A stretch of DNA of 62,922 nt, filler included, from Intoshia linei (GCA_001642005.1; 3 parts of 3 records of this genome joined end to end with filler, not necessarily neighbours in it), one strand, 5' to 3'. Counted from the first letter of the whole stretch, positions 1 to 12,782 are shown. Translations and numbers: made by a program. Notes: generated by a model from the letters alone, not told the origin.

Positions 1-305
1 ACGAGTTATCATCATTAATTATAGATCTTAATTCGTTTTCCGTAACAACATTATTTTTTTCTTTTCTTCCCTTTTTCCTATTAATAATATTTAAATTTAT
101 ATAATTTTAAAATGTGCATGTATATGTCACTGTATGAACAATTGGCAAAATTATCTTCTATTTTAACAATCGTTTTTCGAATGCAGTCTTTTGATAGATT
201 GGTGAGTTCTGATAGTTCGTTAGAATTTTTCGTTTTATATAATGTTTTAATTGTTTCAAATATATTTTTATCTACCACTTTTCTAATTTTTCTAATATTT
301 TCATG
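1..305 (-). mobile_element. Decayed helix-turn-helix ORF, probably the N-terminus of a Tc1/IS630-like transposase
   Basis: ORF 81..323 has an HTH-like segment (NSNELSELTNLSKDCIRKTIVK), followed out of frame by a basic GKRGRKK motif. No splice structure was found. Confidence 0.3.
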
Positions 306-554
306 CATAATCCGATAACACAATTAACTTTATCAAATAAACTTAAACTTTTTTATATGAATCATTGCAACATGAAAAATAAAATAATATTTGAAAAAGT
401 ATTGTTCAAAATAATGTTACTTCAGTATTTTTTAAAAAAGTTTTATATTTATAAAAACAAAATTTATATTTATGAAAACAAAAGTTATATTCATGACAAA
501 CTCTGTATTTGATGGCTAATAAATCGACTGCCATAAATAATATGTAAAATAATA

Positions 555-1202
555 ATTGAAAATGTAAATATTCATCCTACAATTTCAAACAAAATGTACA
601 TTGCACGTTTTCACATTTCCAATAAAAAAATACAGGTAAAAATCTATATAATTCATTCCTTCGGAAATTTTTTTCATTGATACGCAATTTAAATTTCAAA
701 TTCTCATTTTCAAAACATTTTGAATAAAATTTAAATAAAAACTACAACAACGAAACTAAAGGTAATACAACTTTGTTAATATCGCTTTTATATTTTATTA
801 CAAACATTTTCAATAATGATAAAATTCTACTGAAATATGTTTATCAAGTGAAGATTCGGTTAATTATTGATACATAATTTTTATTTTTATGTATTTATTA
901 AAATGGTATGGAATATACATCATCTTGATTGAAAATATAATATGGAATATATCATCACATTGAAAATTAGACAAAATAGGTTAAAAATTAAGATGGAACA
1001 ATTCACTTTAAAGTAAAAATTAATGTGATATGATGGTTCCACCTGAAACAAATTTAGGAACTACTGCTTTAAACAATTGATAATAGTGAATAGTAGGATT
1101 TTTAAGTTAAATTTTCAACTTGATTTTTTTTTAAGTATTATAAAAATGTGCCCTCGGCAGAGTTAGGTTCTTTTTGTACTTAATAAATAACAGTCAACCT
1201 AG
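555..1202 (+). mobile_element. Non-autonomous Helitron-like element, 3' part
   Basis: Shares sequence with the other copies. It has the hairpin TGCCCTCGGCA near 1149-1159 and ends CAGTCAACCTAG|T at 1202. Confidence 0.7.
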
Positions 1203-1505
1203 TTAATATATAGTAACCGTATACATGATCTATTCGCTACAACGTTATACTCTCCATAACGCCAAACTCTCTATACCGCCATAAATATCGAAATTCCAAA
1301 ATGGCGGTATTGAGAGGTCTGACTGTAGTTCTATGAAAACTCAAATTACAAAATTATTGGTTAACTCACATTCATGTTTTTGCTAACGTCGTGAAATTAT
1401 TCTTAAAAATTTATGCCGATTACGTTCTTCAATAAATGGTAACAGACAAAAAAAAACAAATACATTTTTAGCTAAATAATTTGATATATGTAAAGATAAA
1501 ACTAC

Positions 1506-2487
1506 CTGTGCAATAATTGTAATTAATATTCCAACTGCATTGTATAGCATTACAATCAGCATCATTATCATTTTTGTAACACGAATCTAATCATTTAGTA
1601 TTATTTATTGTAATATATGAATAATATTCATTAACTATATTATAATAAATTATTTTATCTACATCTAGCCGACTATGCGTTATATAATATATATAATATA
1701 TTGTATATACGTTATTTATAGTTATTGTATTATATTTATATAGTTATAGTTATATTGTTATAAGTTATATAGTTATAATTATATATTTAACTATTTTTTA
1801 ATATTAAATAGTCTATCAAATAAAACAAGATTAGTAACCATGTTAATACATTTTACCCTATCTACCCTTTTTTTCATTTTTTCAAGATATCAAAAATATT
1901 TTTAAATCATTTCATATTTACTCTCCCTCATATGCATCAAATTAAGTTATGTTCTATGTTTATCTTAGCATACATTTATTTAAATTTTTTTTTATTAGCA
2001 TATTATTATTTATTAGTTGTATTAATTTCAATAATTGTATTTGGAAAGGTAAAATATTAACATATTTAAAAATAAAAATACACATCAAAATAGCCATTAT
2101 GAATACAATTTATATATAACTGAATATAAATATAATATAATAAATACAATAATAATATACAATAATATTAATAATTATTTTATTAATAATAATGTATATA
2201 AAGTAAATTATGCCAAACATACTTAATATATTAAATTAATCACTGATTAATAATCAGTGTAATGTAATTAGTATAAATAGTATTTTTTTAAATTAAATAA
2301 TATAGATTTTTGAAACATCAGTATTATTGTCGTAACATTTCAATTTATAATTCAAAACGTAGTAGGTTATAGTATATAATATATAGATGTAAAATAGCAA
2401 AGTTACCTCTACATGTCGAGGTTTCACTGTTCCACTGACAGTATTTTGATATACAATCTTCACTATTAGTTGTGATGTCACAATTTT
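1506..2487 (-). CDS. Cysteine-rich modular protein (partial): two 81-nt exons each encoding C-x8-C-x4-C-x-W-N-x5-C
   Basis: Exon 2487-2407 encodes (x)NCDITTNSEDCISKYCQWNSETSTCR and exon 1586-1506 encodes DSCYKNDNDADCNAIQCSWNINYNYCT. Both have AG/GT borders, are phase 1-1 and are the same length. A possible terminal exon lies near 1470-1383. The 5' exons are unresolved. Confidence 0.65.
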
Positions 2488-2695
2488 CTGTAAATAAATG
2501 TATTGCATTACATTGTATTGTATTACATGTATATTATATTATTTATAATTATATATATATATCAAGCTGATAAATCAAATTAATCCATTAAACGTATAAA
2601 ATCAAAAGTTTGACGGACACTTCATAGACATAGATTTATTTACTACTTACTTCAAACTTAAAGATAACATTTATCCATGCAGTTTGATCTTAATA

Positions 2696-3840
2696 TCCTT
2701 ATTTATAGTATACGCTTTGTGTGTGTGTTATATAGTTTATTTCAATAACTACCAGTCTTAGAATTTTATAAAGTCCACATTTCTATTATAGTTTATTCCG
2801 CAGATTAAACCAATATAAATTTCAACCTTTCAAGCTCACATCTTCAGGGCTAAAACCCCAAAACTACTTTTTTTAAATGAAAACAGCCCTAGAATTTAAA
2901 AAAATTACACGTATACAGTTGTATCCTGTTAACACACAAAAAAATTCAATTTAAATAAAATGACGCCTTCACGGTCAAAAAGGCACTTTATTATTCATAT
3001 ATTTTTATTTCGAAACTATTTTATTACAACAAAACATTTAAAATAATTAATGGTCCTACAATTAAAAAAACCGATTATTCTGATAGAGCTATTCCAGTTC
3101 ATATAAATACAAAATTTCAACCCCAGAAATCTACATATTCCCGGTGAAAAATAATTTTTTACATATTATTAATTAATATTTTTCAAATATTTCGATTAAA
3201 ATAAAAATTGAAAATGAAANTTAAAAAAATATATCTTCAGGGCCAAAACCCCTAATTACCATTTTTTTAATGAAAACATCCCTATAATTTAAAAAAATTA
3301 CAGGTGGTACAGTTGTATACTGTTAATACACACAAAAATTTTCAATCTGAATAAGTGAAGACTTCACGGTTAAAAAAAGCATTTTAGTATTCATATTTTT
3401 TTTCCGAAATATTTTATTAAAACAAAAAATATGAAATAATTAACGGTCCGAAAATTAAAAAAAAATTGTTCTGATAGAGCCTATTCCATTTGATATAAAT
3501 ACAAAATTTCAACCCCAGAAATCTACATATTCCCGGTGAAAAATAATTTTTAATATAGTATTAACCAATATTTTTCAAATATTTTGATTAAGATAAAAAT
3601 TGAAAATGTAAATATTGATCCTACAATTTCAAAAAAAATGTGCATTTGTATGTCTATATATTTATAATAAAGAAATATGGATGAAAATCTATATAATTGA
3701 TTCCTTCGGAATTTTTTTCACTGCTACGCAATTTTTAAATATCATTTCCAAAACATTTTGTTTAAAATTTAAATTAAAACTACAACAACGATTACTAAAA
3801 ATAGTACAACTTTGTTATTATGATTTTTATATTTATTACA
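2696..3840 (+). mobile_element. Non-autonomous Helitron-like element with an internal tandem duplication of about 390 bp
   Basis: Starts A|TCCTTATTTATA. The block ~2840-3220 is repeated at ~3230-3610, with an 'n' at 3220 near the junction. Confidence 0.7.
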
Positions 3841-5539
3841 ATGTGACACACAACTGAAAAATCTTGCCGTCATTTCTATATACCATCAAGTTAATTTAAA
3901 TGCCATCAATCATCATATAAAGGTTATTGGAAAGAGTATATACCTCAAAACAATTGGAGCTTTCATCTAAAAATGACGGTGCAATTGATCTTGACTTTAC
4001 AACATCCTATATAAATATTACTTAAAATTTCAAATAAGAATCCAATAGCTTAAACGTTTTTATAACATACGATCATATAATTCGCACTATTATAGATAAT
4101 AAGTACAAATTAATTACAGAATTAAATGTATTTGACCATTCAGTCATTTCAATAGAGCCATAACCTATTCTAAAATGAAGATAACGTAAATGAAACAATT
4201 TACAATTGTTAATAATCCCGTGGAATGTTACACGGTAATTAAATTTATAATTTTAATTTAATTGGTTTAATAAAACAAACTGTTTTATCATAACATGGTG
4301 TTATATAAAATATTACATAAATAAAAAGTCTTGAAACGTTTTTACAGAAGAAATTGCTTTTAAATTGGTTGAAAGTACTTTGCCACGTTTTAATTTGCTT
4401 GAAACATTTCTAAATAAATTATAACAAAACGAGGCTGAGTAAAAAATCAATTGATAATGTAGTATAAAATATTTTTACGTATATGTGTATAAATTATTTA
4501 ACTTATTACATTGTACAATGTACATCTCAAATTATTATAATTATAGAATAAGGGTTTGTACATTAATGATAAGGAACCGTTAAGTGATAATAATTTATTT
4601 TAAAAAAGATTTTGAGTACACATTCTAAATATTAAAATTTACTCGTAGATGCAGATGTCTCCAAAATTAGAAAATGCTGCGTAAACGTCATATTTTGACA
4701 GATAACACCCGGATGTAATTTGTAAGTAAGCTTGATATTTTGCCTCGTTTTTTTTGGAGGAAGATTCAATTAACATTCTTAAGCAAATTAGCAGAAAATA
4801 TTTTAAACTAAATTGTATCAATTAGTGTAATACATTATAATATCATTAGAATTTAAATAATGAAGAAAATATATCAAGGTTCAACTTAAAATTGATAAAC
4901 GTTAAACTTTATTTCAATTTTCAATTGTATCGTTTTTTATTTTTATTTTATGAAATCAATAGATCATGGTTTATTCATCTTTTATCAAGTTGACACCTTT
5001 TAGCCCACACTTGACACATGTTATCACGTACACACAATGTATCCAATATCTCTTGGAATACAGATACAGTCAGAATTTCATTTAACAAAAATATTAGAAA
5101 TGTAAAAATAACCAGATTACGATCAATTTATTTATATTGACTCATAATATTAGCAGAGTTTATCAATTTTTCGACATTTGTACTTTACAATGTACATTTT
5201 TAGATTCAATATATTTGTGAATTAGTAATTTTTTTTAACCCTACTTTTAACAAAATTTTTATTTTGATTTCTTTTCAAAGAAGCAATATATTATGAAAAC
5301 TCTCAAGGACGCTATAATGACTGGAAGATATGAGGTGTATATACAAAAAAATAAAATGATATAACTTTTGAGATAATTAAAAACCTCATGTTCATGGGAT
5401 GTTACTTAAAAAGTTTTAGAATCACTGGAATATTACTGACATTGTAATTATAATGACGCAATATAATTCTTTTGCTAAATAATATATAAACTATTGCTAA
5501 AATGAAATAATGTTAATTCATTGATTTACATTTTAATTG

Positions 5540-5815
5540 TTAATATTTTTCATGAAATGATCAGTTATTTTAACTGACTTCTTCTTTATTTCAAATGGAT
5601 TTTGCCTTAAGGAACTGACTTGTTCAACATCTTTACCGTTTGATTGAAGGAAAAAGCGTTATAATTTTTCAAGATGGTAAAAAGCATCCGAAAAACCAAT
5701 TAAATCAGTTTTATTTGTTTCATTTTCCAATTCGTCTGTTATCAGAATCGTTTTTGATGAAAATAATTTCCAAAAATGTCATCTTGACAATAATTGTCAT
5801 CACATATAGGTAGAA
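5540..5815 (-). mobile_element. pogo/Tigger-like transposase C-terminal remnant
   Basis: Minus-strand translation gives an acidic tract then FSDAFYHLEKL*RFFLQ...KKSVKITDHF, resembling the Tigger/CENP-B C-terminus (AL..L..FF...KQ..ITDFF). It contains a stop and a frameshift. Confidence 0.45.
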
Positions 5816-5846
5816 TATCATAGAATAAATAATTAAGCTTTTATTA

Positions 5847-6600
5847 CACTGTCCAACATAGCAAAAAGGAACTTAATGTAACATATATTAAAATAATCAG
5901 CTAATTTTTGTGATTCTAACTATATAAATATTTTTATAATTGAAGATCGAAAACATGTGATATTTTAATTAGTAATTTTACTATTCTATTAAATTTTTAC
6001 CCACAAAAAAACATAATGAATGTTTTACATGTCAAATAAAGTTTTTATTACATCTTTCAATTAATTAAAGCGATGAGTTAATTTTATAATTGCATTCTCA
6101 CGAAACATTTAAACAAGATTTAAACCAAGCATTACACTGTCCAACACGTATACTACAAACTTACTGCGACCATCATAAATTTTTCCTAATCTCAGCGACG
6201 CAAAAATTAATGGCCCACAAATTAGAAAACTATTAAAAGATGTACATTTTCGATCTACCCTTAAATTTGAACAAAAAGATGCGTTTAATGCTTTGGAAAA
6301 TGTAATCTCATTTTTTCTTGGAAACAATCGATCTGAAAATTACAAGGATTTAATCGAAGAGTTATTGATAAAATACCAAGAAATGAACTACCTTTATAGC
6401 ATAAAAATGTATTACCTAGAATGTCATTTAGATTTCTTTGCGCTAAACTGCGGTATGTGGTCAGACAAAAAGGGTGAACAATTTCATCAAACTATGATGT
6501 TATATGAAAGACGTTTTGGAAAATGTAGATCATTAAATATAATTTATGATTTTGTTTGGTGGTGTTCAATAAAAAATAAATTTTAAATTTATCTAATTAT
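5847..6600 (+). mobile_element. Chapaev3-like (CMC) DNA transposon remnant
   Basis: Terminal motif TTA|CACTGTCCAACA occurs at 5847 and again at 6135. The protein FPNLSDAKI.GPQIRKL...FLGNNRSENY...HLDFF..NCG.WSDK.GEQFHQ...DFVW matches the C-terminal consensus I recall for this family (HLDFFPENLGAVSDEQGERFHQ). Confidence 0.6.
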
Positions 6601-7137
6601 TACTTTTTTTATTAAATATTTTTAATTGATACCTTCTTATATCTTAATTTTTGAAATTTATGTCTATCACTTACATCCTTGATATTGAACAAGATTCGTT
6701 AAGGGGTAACCCAAATAAGTTGATTTTACGTGTAATGTAAGTAGTACATTTAGAAAATTTTTATTTCATATTGTTTGTCGATGTTGCCTTAAAATTAGAG
6801 TTAATTAATTCATTAATGTAATTACATAATTAATGACAATTTATTTTATACATACAGGGTGATTGGTAAGTAAGGCCCAATTTTAAATTCTACATAATGT
6901 GGCAAAATTTCAGATTCTAAGAAAGTTATACAAAGACGAATACAAGTTTATGGTTCTGAACCAAACCATGAACAGGTCTACCCACGAATCGTGTTATTAT
7001 TATCAACGTTCAAATTACTTATTACTCTTTAGTTACAGAAAAATAATAAAAAAATAAAATGAAAATAAATTTATTAAAGATAAATGGTTTAAACCATTTA
7101 CAAAACAGAATATAAACCAAACCATAAACAGGTTTAA

Positions 7138-7278
7138 TCACCACATGTCTGGAATTTATGTTTTAATTTAAACATGTATCATTTTTAAATTACATATGTG
7201 AAAATGTATGAAAATAAAAGAGTAAAGTTTTTCAAAATTATTCTGTGTATATCATATCATACACAGACAGTGAAAGGG
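7138..7278 (-). mobile_element. piggyBac-type MITE (copy of 54372-54514)
   Basis: Ends CAGACAGTGAAAGGG|TTAA, has TTAA at the other side, and is homologous to the copy at 54372. Confidence 0.6.
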
Positions 7279-7604
7279 TTAAAAACCAAAATAAATGAGC
7301 TAAAAAAAGCTAGAAATTAATTTAAAATAACAAAATGGTCCACAAGACATAGTAAATCTATCAAAGGAATTACCAATACAATTAAAGCTGATTATACATA
7401 AAATAAAGTTATATTTTACATGTATCTTAACATCTTTGTATGAATTTCAATAATTAAATTTGAGGGGGTAAATATTAACTGATTTCATAATTTTGAGGAT
7501 AAATTCTTAAAATAATGATATTAATTATACCTATATGATAGTATACTAATTTATAGTTGTTGTCAATATCTTTCAGATTAAGACAAAACGTATAACATTA
7601 GATT

Positions 7605-7852
7605 CAGAGCTAAACTACCAAGCTCGAGGCCACCGAAAAATATTTTTTTTTAAACGATGCGTAATATCATATGGCCCACCCACCTATCCAAGAATTTTGG
7701 TGTGAAATTTTAAATTTAATACACAAAAAAGTAATTATATTCAAGAATATATTTTTTTAATATTCAATTTAGAAAATGAGGCCACCTTATACCAAAAATT
7801 CTTTCGAGGCCTTATCTTTAAGAGGGTCTCGGGTGCGATAGATTCAGCCCTG
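7605..7852. mobile_element. hAT MITE
   Basis: CAGAGCT...AGCCCTG termini with a perfect 8-bp TSD ATTAGATT (7597-7604 and 7853-7860). Confidence 0.7.
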
Positions 7853-8077
7853 ATTAGATTAAAAATTTTTTATGACAAGACTATTCAAAATTGAATTTTC
7901 GACAACGAATTAACACTTTAAATGAATATAAGCATCAAATTATTGCTGAGCGGCATTGTATTTAAGATACCGTTGACACCCTAGTGGACACCCTCTGGAA
8001 TCCAGAGTCTGGATATATAATATATTCAGATTATGCAGATTTGTATATACAAAATTTAATGATACATTTCAAATAAT

Positions 8078-11000
8078 TTACAAATTTAAACTCCAATTGT
8101 ACAAATTTTCTGCTTTTTTATACATGTCCGTTTCCTAATTTAAAATATAAGTTATATAATATATATAGTCATTATAGTTTCAGATGGGTTCACCATTTGA
8201 GTCCTGTTCAAAATATCTGAATAAATATTTCTAAATTTGTCATAAGAAACCAAAATGAATTGACTATTAGTGTTATTTAATTAGAAAGTTTTATGAACAT
8301 TAAAGTGATTTGAACTAATTTACCTTTCTATTGAAAAACACTTTGTATTTTAAATCAATGCTCTTGTTCCTTCTTGCAAATTGATTTTTTTGGTATTGAC
8401 ACAATCTATAAAATTATCAATGAGTGCCTATTGAAAAATTATTTTATTTTCTAATCATTAATCATACGAAACTCACATCACAAAACATTAATTTTAAAAG
8501 TATACCTTATATATGCATTTTTACGTGCTAAAAGATTTGGATCACTATGAGATTGACTAATAAATTTTATGGCGCCTTTGCAAAATTTATTTTTATAAAT
8601 ATTATCAATAAGTTCTCTACTATATCGTTCACGGTATAAATCTAAATTTATATGCAACTAAGATATTTTTTAATCTAATATTGGTGGAAAATTTTTATTT
8701 TCTTTATTTATACTTTACTTAGTAAATTTAATGGTAAATGGAATTGGGTTGGTAATTTAACGATGGTTTAATACTTATCAGTCCATTATATCTTTTCTAC
8801 ATTATTATAATATTATGGTCTTTGGAAAATTGAAAATTCATTTATTAATGTTTTTAATATTTGTGCTGTATTTTATATGGATATAACTGTATCAATTTTT
8901 AAATTTGCACTGAAATCGTGAAAATCTGGGTTTGCTAAGTCTTAGAATTTTATAAAGTCCACATTTCAGTTACAGTTTTTCCCCGGGTGTTAGCAAAATA
9001 AATTTGAACCTCCCAAACTCACATCTTACGAGTCAAAAAGCCGAATTGTTCTTTTTTTCAAAATTAAACGAATTTGAGAATTTAAAAAATATACTCTGGT
9101 ACGGATTTTAAAATCATAAATTGCAATTAAAAAAAATATATCTTCAAGGGTAAACCCCAAATTACCCTTTTTTTTAATGAAAACATTCCTAAAATTTTAC
9201 AAAAAATGTTAGGTGGTACAGTTGTATCTTATTAAACACACAAAAAATTTCAATCTGAATAAATAACGTCTTCACGGTCAAAAAAGCGCTTTAATATTCA
9301 TATATATTTTTTCTGAAATATTTTATTAAAAAAAAATGTTAAATAATTAACTGCCCGAAATTAAAAAAATAGATTATTCTGATAGAGCTTATTCCAGTTA
9401 ATATAAATACAAAATTTGAACCTGAGAAATCAACACATTCTCGGTGAAAAATAATTTTTAATATATTATCAACCAATATTTTTCATATATTTTGATTAAA
9501 ATAAAAATTGAAAATGTAAATATTGATCCTACAATTTCAAAATAATGTACATTGAATGTCTACACATTTCTAATAAAGAAATATGGGTTAAGTATAGGCT
9601 TTTTAAGTTAGATTTTAAACATGAATTTATTTTTTTGATAGAATAAAAATGTGTCCTCGGCAGAGCTAGGTGCTGTTTGTACATAGTACCTTTTAAATTT
9701 AATAATCTCCACTTGTTATTTTTTCCTCCTTTATATGCTGGTTTTTCGTCGAAAAAGGATAGTAGCTAAATTAATTTATAATTTTTTTAAAATTAAATTA
9801 AATGAAACAATAATTCTAATATAGATTCATAACCGATTTACTTAGTGTTTCTCAAGGTAGATGAGGCGACACTCAAGTGCTATGGTGTCCCGAGACGTTT
9901 TGATTTTTAAAATTATATTATTTAAAATTACTGCAATCATTAAAATAATTAACATAAATACGACTGTTCAATGAAATTTCTTTAAAAATTTGTTTTATTT
10001 TCAATCATCGACGAAATAATAATATTTTGATAGTAAATTTCTTTGACGGTTGGCGCGATACTTTTTTATAATGACTATATCTATCATTATAATATATTGA
10101 AAATAAAACAATAAAAATAATTTATAACAAATTTAAGGAAATAATTCAAAATGAAAAATTAATATTAATTAATAGTTTTATTTTTCTAGGAATTATTCTA
10201 TCTATGCTAAAATTGTTGAGCAAAACGAAAATCTGAGGGACTTTTAATAATTTTACTGCTTTAAAATTCTGTTAACAAAAATTGTTAAAACTGTGTATAA
10301 AAATACTGTTAAAATTGGAATACCTGAAAAATATCTTTTTCCACAACTATATCTTCAAAATCCGTTATATTGTTGCATACTTTTTCAGAATCATCTTGAT
10401 TAATTATTTGAAAATATTTTTGAATTCCTACAATTTTCAATACATCTTGTCTAGTTTCATTTTCCTGATTTAATGAAATTTTTCCGTTTAAATTAAACAT
10501 TTTTGAGTCAATATATATTTTAAACACTACAGCTGGAGGAAAAATTATTCCGGCAAATCTAGTGTTTATGTAATAATTAAATATAACATCTAACACGCAT
10601 AACGTCCTAAGTTAAAAGTATCTAACTTAAATAAAAATCAATATTGTTTTAGGACTTAGCCAAAGTCCATGAGTAAACACCAAACACTAACTATGATTGA
10701 TATAATACATGCACTATTGAACGTTTACGTTAACTCTGCTCACTGTAATTTAATCAATGATTAAATAAATAATCAAAAATCAATTTTTACTAAAATAATT
10801 AACAAATAAAGACTCGATATTAAAGTATGTTATTATTTATTTAAAAAATTAACAGTCTTAGAATTAAAAAATCCAATTTCTAATACAGTTTTTTGAGAAT
10901 GATGTTTTAATTCATTCGTTCGTTAATCAAAAATTCGTTAAATGCCAGATATTTAGGCATTTATATAAAAAATAAAATTTCGACGTTCGTTAAATGAAAT

Positions 11001-11455
11001 ATGAAATAAATAAATGAGATTTTGACTGTATAATGTATTTATCACATAACAGTCAAGCTATTTTAGTATATAATATATCCGAGTCACAGGGAGCTATTCA
11101 AAAAAATACTGAATAATTTATGAAAATGTTGTCAGAATTGATAGACTGAGACTCGGCAATCGCGTTCAGTTTGGTAACCAATAGTGATGCATGATATATC
11201 ATAAATATACCTAAATTTAATATTATAATTGCATTTTTCATTTTTAATGAATGAATACTCGGATGGGACTAATTTGCGTAGTAATTCTTCTGAACTAATT
11301 TCATTCTACGTTTCAAAATTATAAATGTTTTTATTTATTTAAAACCAATTTTATTAGTGTAGTTTTTAATATTTCAAACAATTTTCTGTTTTTATACTTT
11401 TTCCATGCAATTTGAATACATTTTGCATTACTGTTTAGTTTTTCTACATAGATTC
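8078..11455 (-). CDS. CXorf58: CXorf58-like IQ-motif protein (5' end unresolved)
   Basis: Spliced exons: AKCIQIAWKKY (IQ motif, ~11455-11346); EELLRKLVPSE..IKFR (11305-11211); FAGIIFPPAVVFKIY..GK..LKIVG.QKYFQII..D (10558-10324); FFDEKPAYKGGKNNKWRLL (~9765-9690); and a final AENLYNWSLNL* (stop 8078). These match recalled CXorf58 motifs (RFxGxxFPPxIVFKI, DExPAYxGGRxNxWR). Confidence 0.75.
8937..9689 (+). mobile_element. Non-autonomous Helitron-like element in a CXorf58-like intron
   Basis: Homologous to the other copies. It is truncated 16 bp before the normal CTAG end and abuts an exon. Confidence 0.7.
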
Positions 11456-11990
11456 TAAATATTTTGGGATTTTAAAGGTATTAATTATAACTAATTATTT
11501 ATGGAAAATATGCATTACAATTAGAGCCCTGCGACGAATACGGGCGAAGAAATTGTTAAAAAATATTACCTGGTTAAATAAATAGTTAAAGATTGGAGAA
11601 TGTTGACATGCGCAGACTCTAATTTAATATACAGTATTCTCTCTAGTTTGTCAATGTTGGAACTTGTTATAATTTTAGCATAGTAGAGAATTTTGCAAAA
11701 ATAGACAATCGATAACCATATACGATAATATCAATTTTGATTCAAAAATTTTACATGCCTTGGTCCCCTTCGAATAAACAAATTTTAATGAATTCCAAAA
11801 AAATTATGACAAATAAATAATTCATTATATGTAAAGAGAATCTATTATTACAATTTCCAAATTTTAAAAATTACGCGTTGTAAGAGTGCATTGTTTTTAT
11901 AACATTATATAATTTATAAATTTGTATTTTTTTGTTTTGTTAGTTTTACTTGGTGACAAATGGATATTTTTATATTTAAAGTTTATAATA

Positions 11991-12782
11991 CAGTATAACC
12001 TCCGTTATTCGCTCAAACTGGAGATTTGAAATATCGGGCGAATAACGGAGGTTATACGGTATAGTCGAATATCGGCACCATTTTTTGAAAAGTGCCCCAA
12101 AAACAGGGGTTTCCTCAAAATCAAGGGTTTTAGTAAGTTATATCATTTTTCATAGAATATTTAAACTATTGCAATACATTATGATATTATATTTGTTTCT
12201 ATTAGAGTCCAACACTGTTAAGGTGATATTTTCAAGTAAATAGTTGATAATCAAAATTTAATAAAAATCCCAAATCAAAGTTACGAATATTTTTGTAATT
12301 ATATACTTAATTTTTAGAATTATAGTTACTTTCTAACTTAGAATAGTAATTAATAAATTATCAGATATTAAAATATAGGCATAAATGAAAACTTAATGAA
12401 TTATGATAAATACATATGAAAATGTATGTAAAATATTTAAATAAATATAATTTTAATTTAATGTCATCAGTGATGACTTATCACTATAGGAATTATACTT
12501 ATATATTTTATATTTACAACATTTTTGCCCCAAAAGCGGGGTTAATTTCACATATATTGCTATGCCATCGATATATATTGTAAATACTATAAAATTAACA
12601 TAATTCTGAAAAACACGAGTATGCCCCAAAAACCGAGTATGCTCCATACCGAGGTTTGCCCCAAAGCGGGGTCGGACTGTACTTCATTTCAAGTTATTTG
12701 AAGTTTGTTTTTGAAATTGTAATAGTTGCTATGACAAATTTATAAATATAAATTAACCGGGTGAATAACGGAGATTTTACTG
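11991..12782. mobile_element. Compound pogo/Tigger-type MITEs (TA TSD, CAGT..ACTG TIRs)
   Basis: TA|CAGTATAACCTCCGTTATTCGC has an inverted copy at ~12038-12059 and again at GTGAATAACGGAGATTTTACTG|TA (12782). A second element (~12062-12679) ends GGGTCGGACTG|TA. Confidence 0.6.

Noticed and set aside
1383-1571. ORF-track hydrophobic peptides at 1383..1571 and 2293..2508
   Set aside because: They are alternative-frame readings of the Cys-rich exons, whose shared Cys/Trp spacing supports the other frame.
1660-1800. TTATA/GTTATA low-complexity tract
   Set aside because: Degenerate AT-rich microsatellite with no further structure.
4639-4821. RRM-like phrase LSKYDVYAAFSNFGDI in a short ORF
   Set aside because: No RNP1/RNP2 context, a non-ATG start, and no consistent splicing to neighbouring segments.
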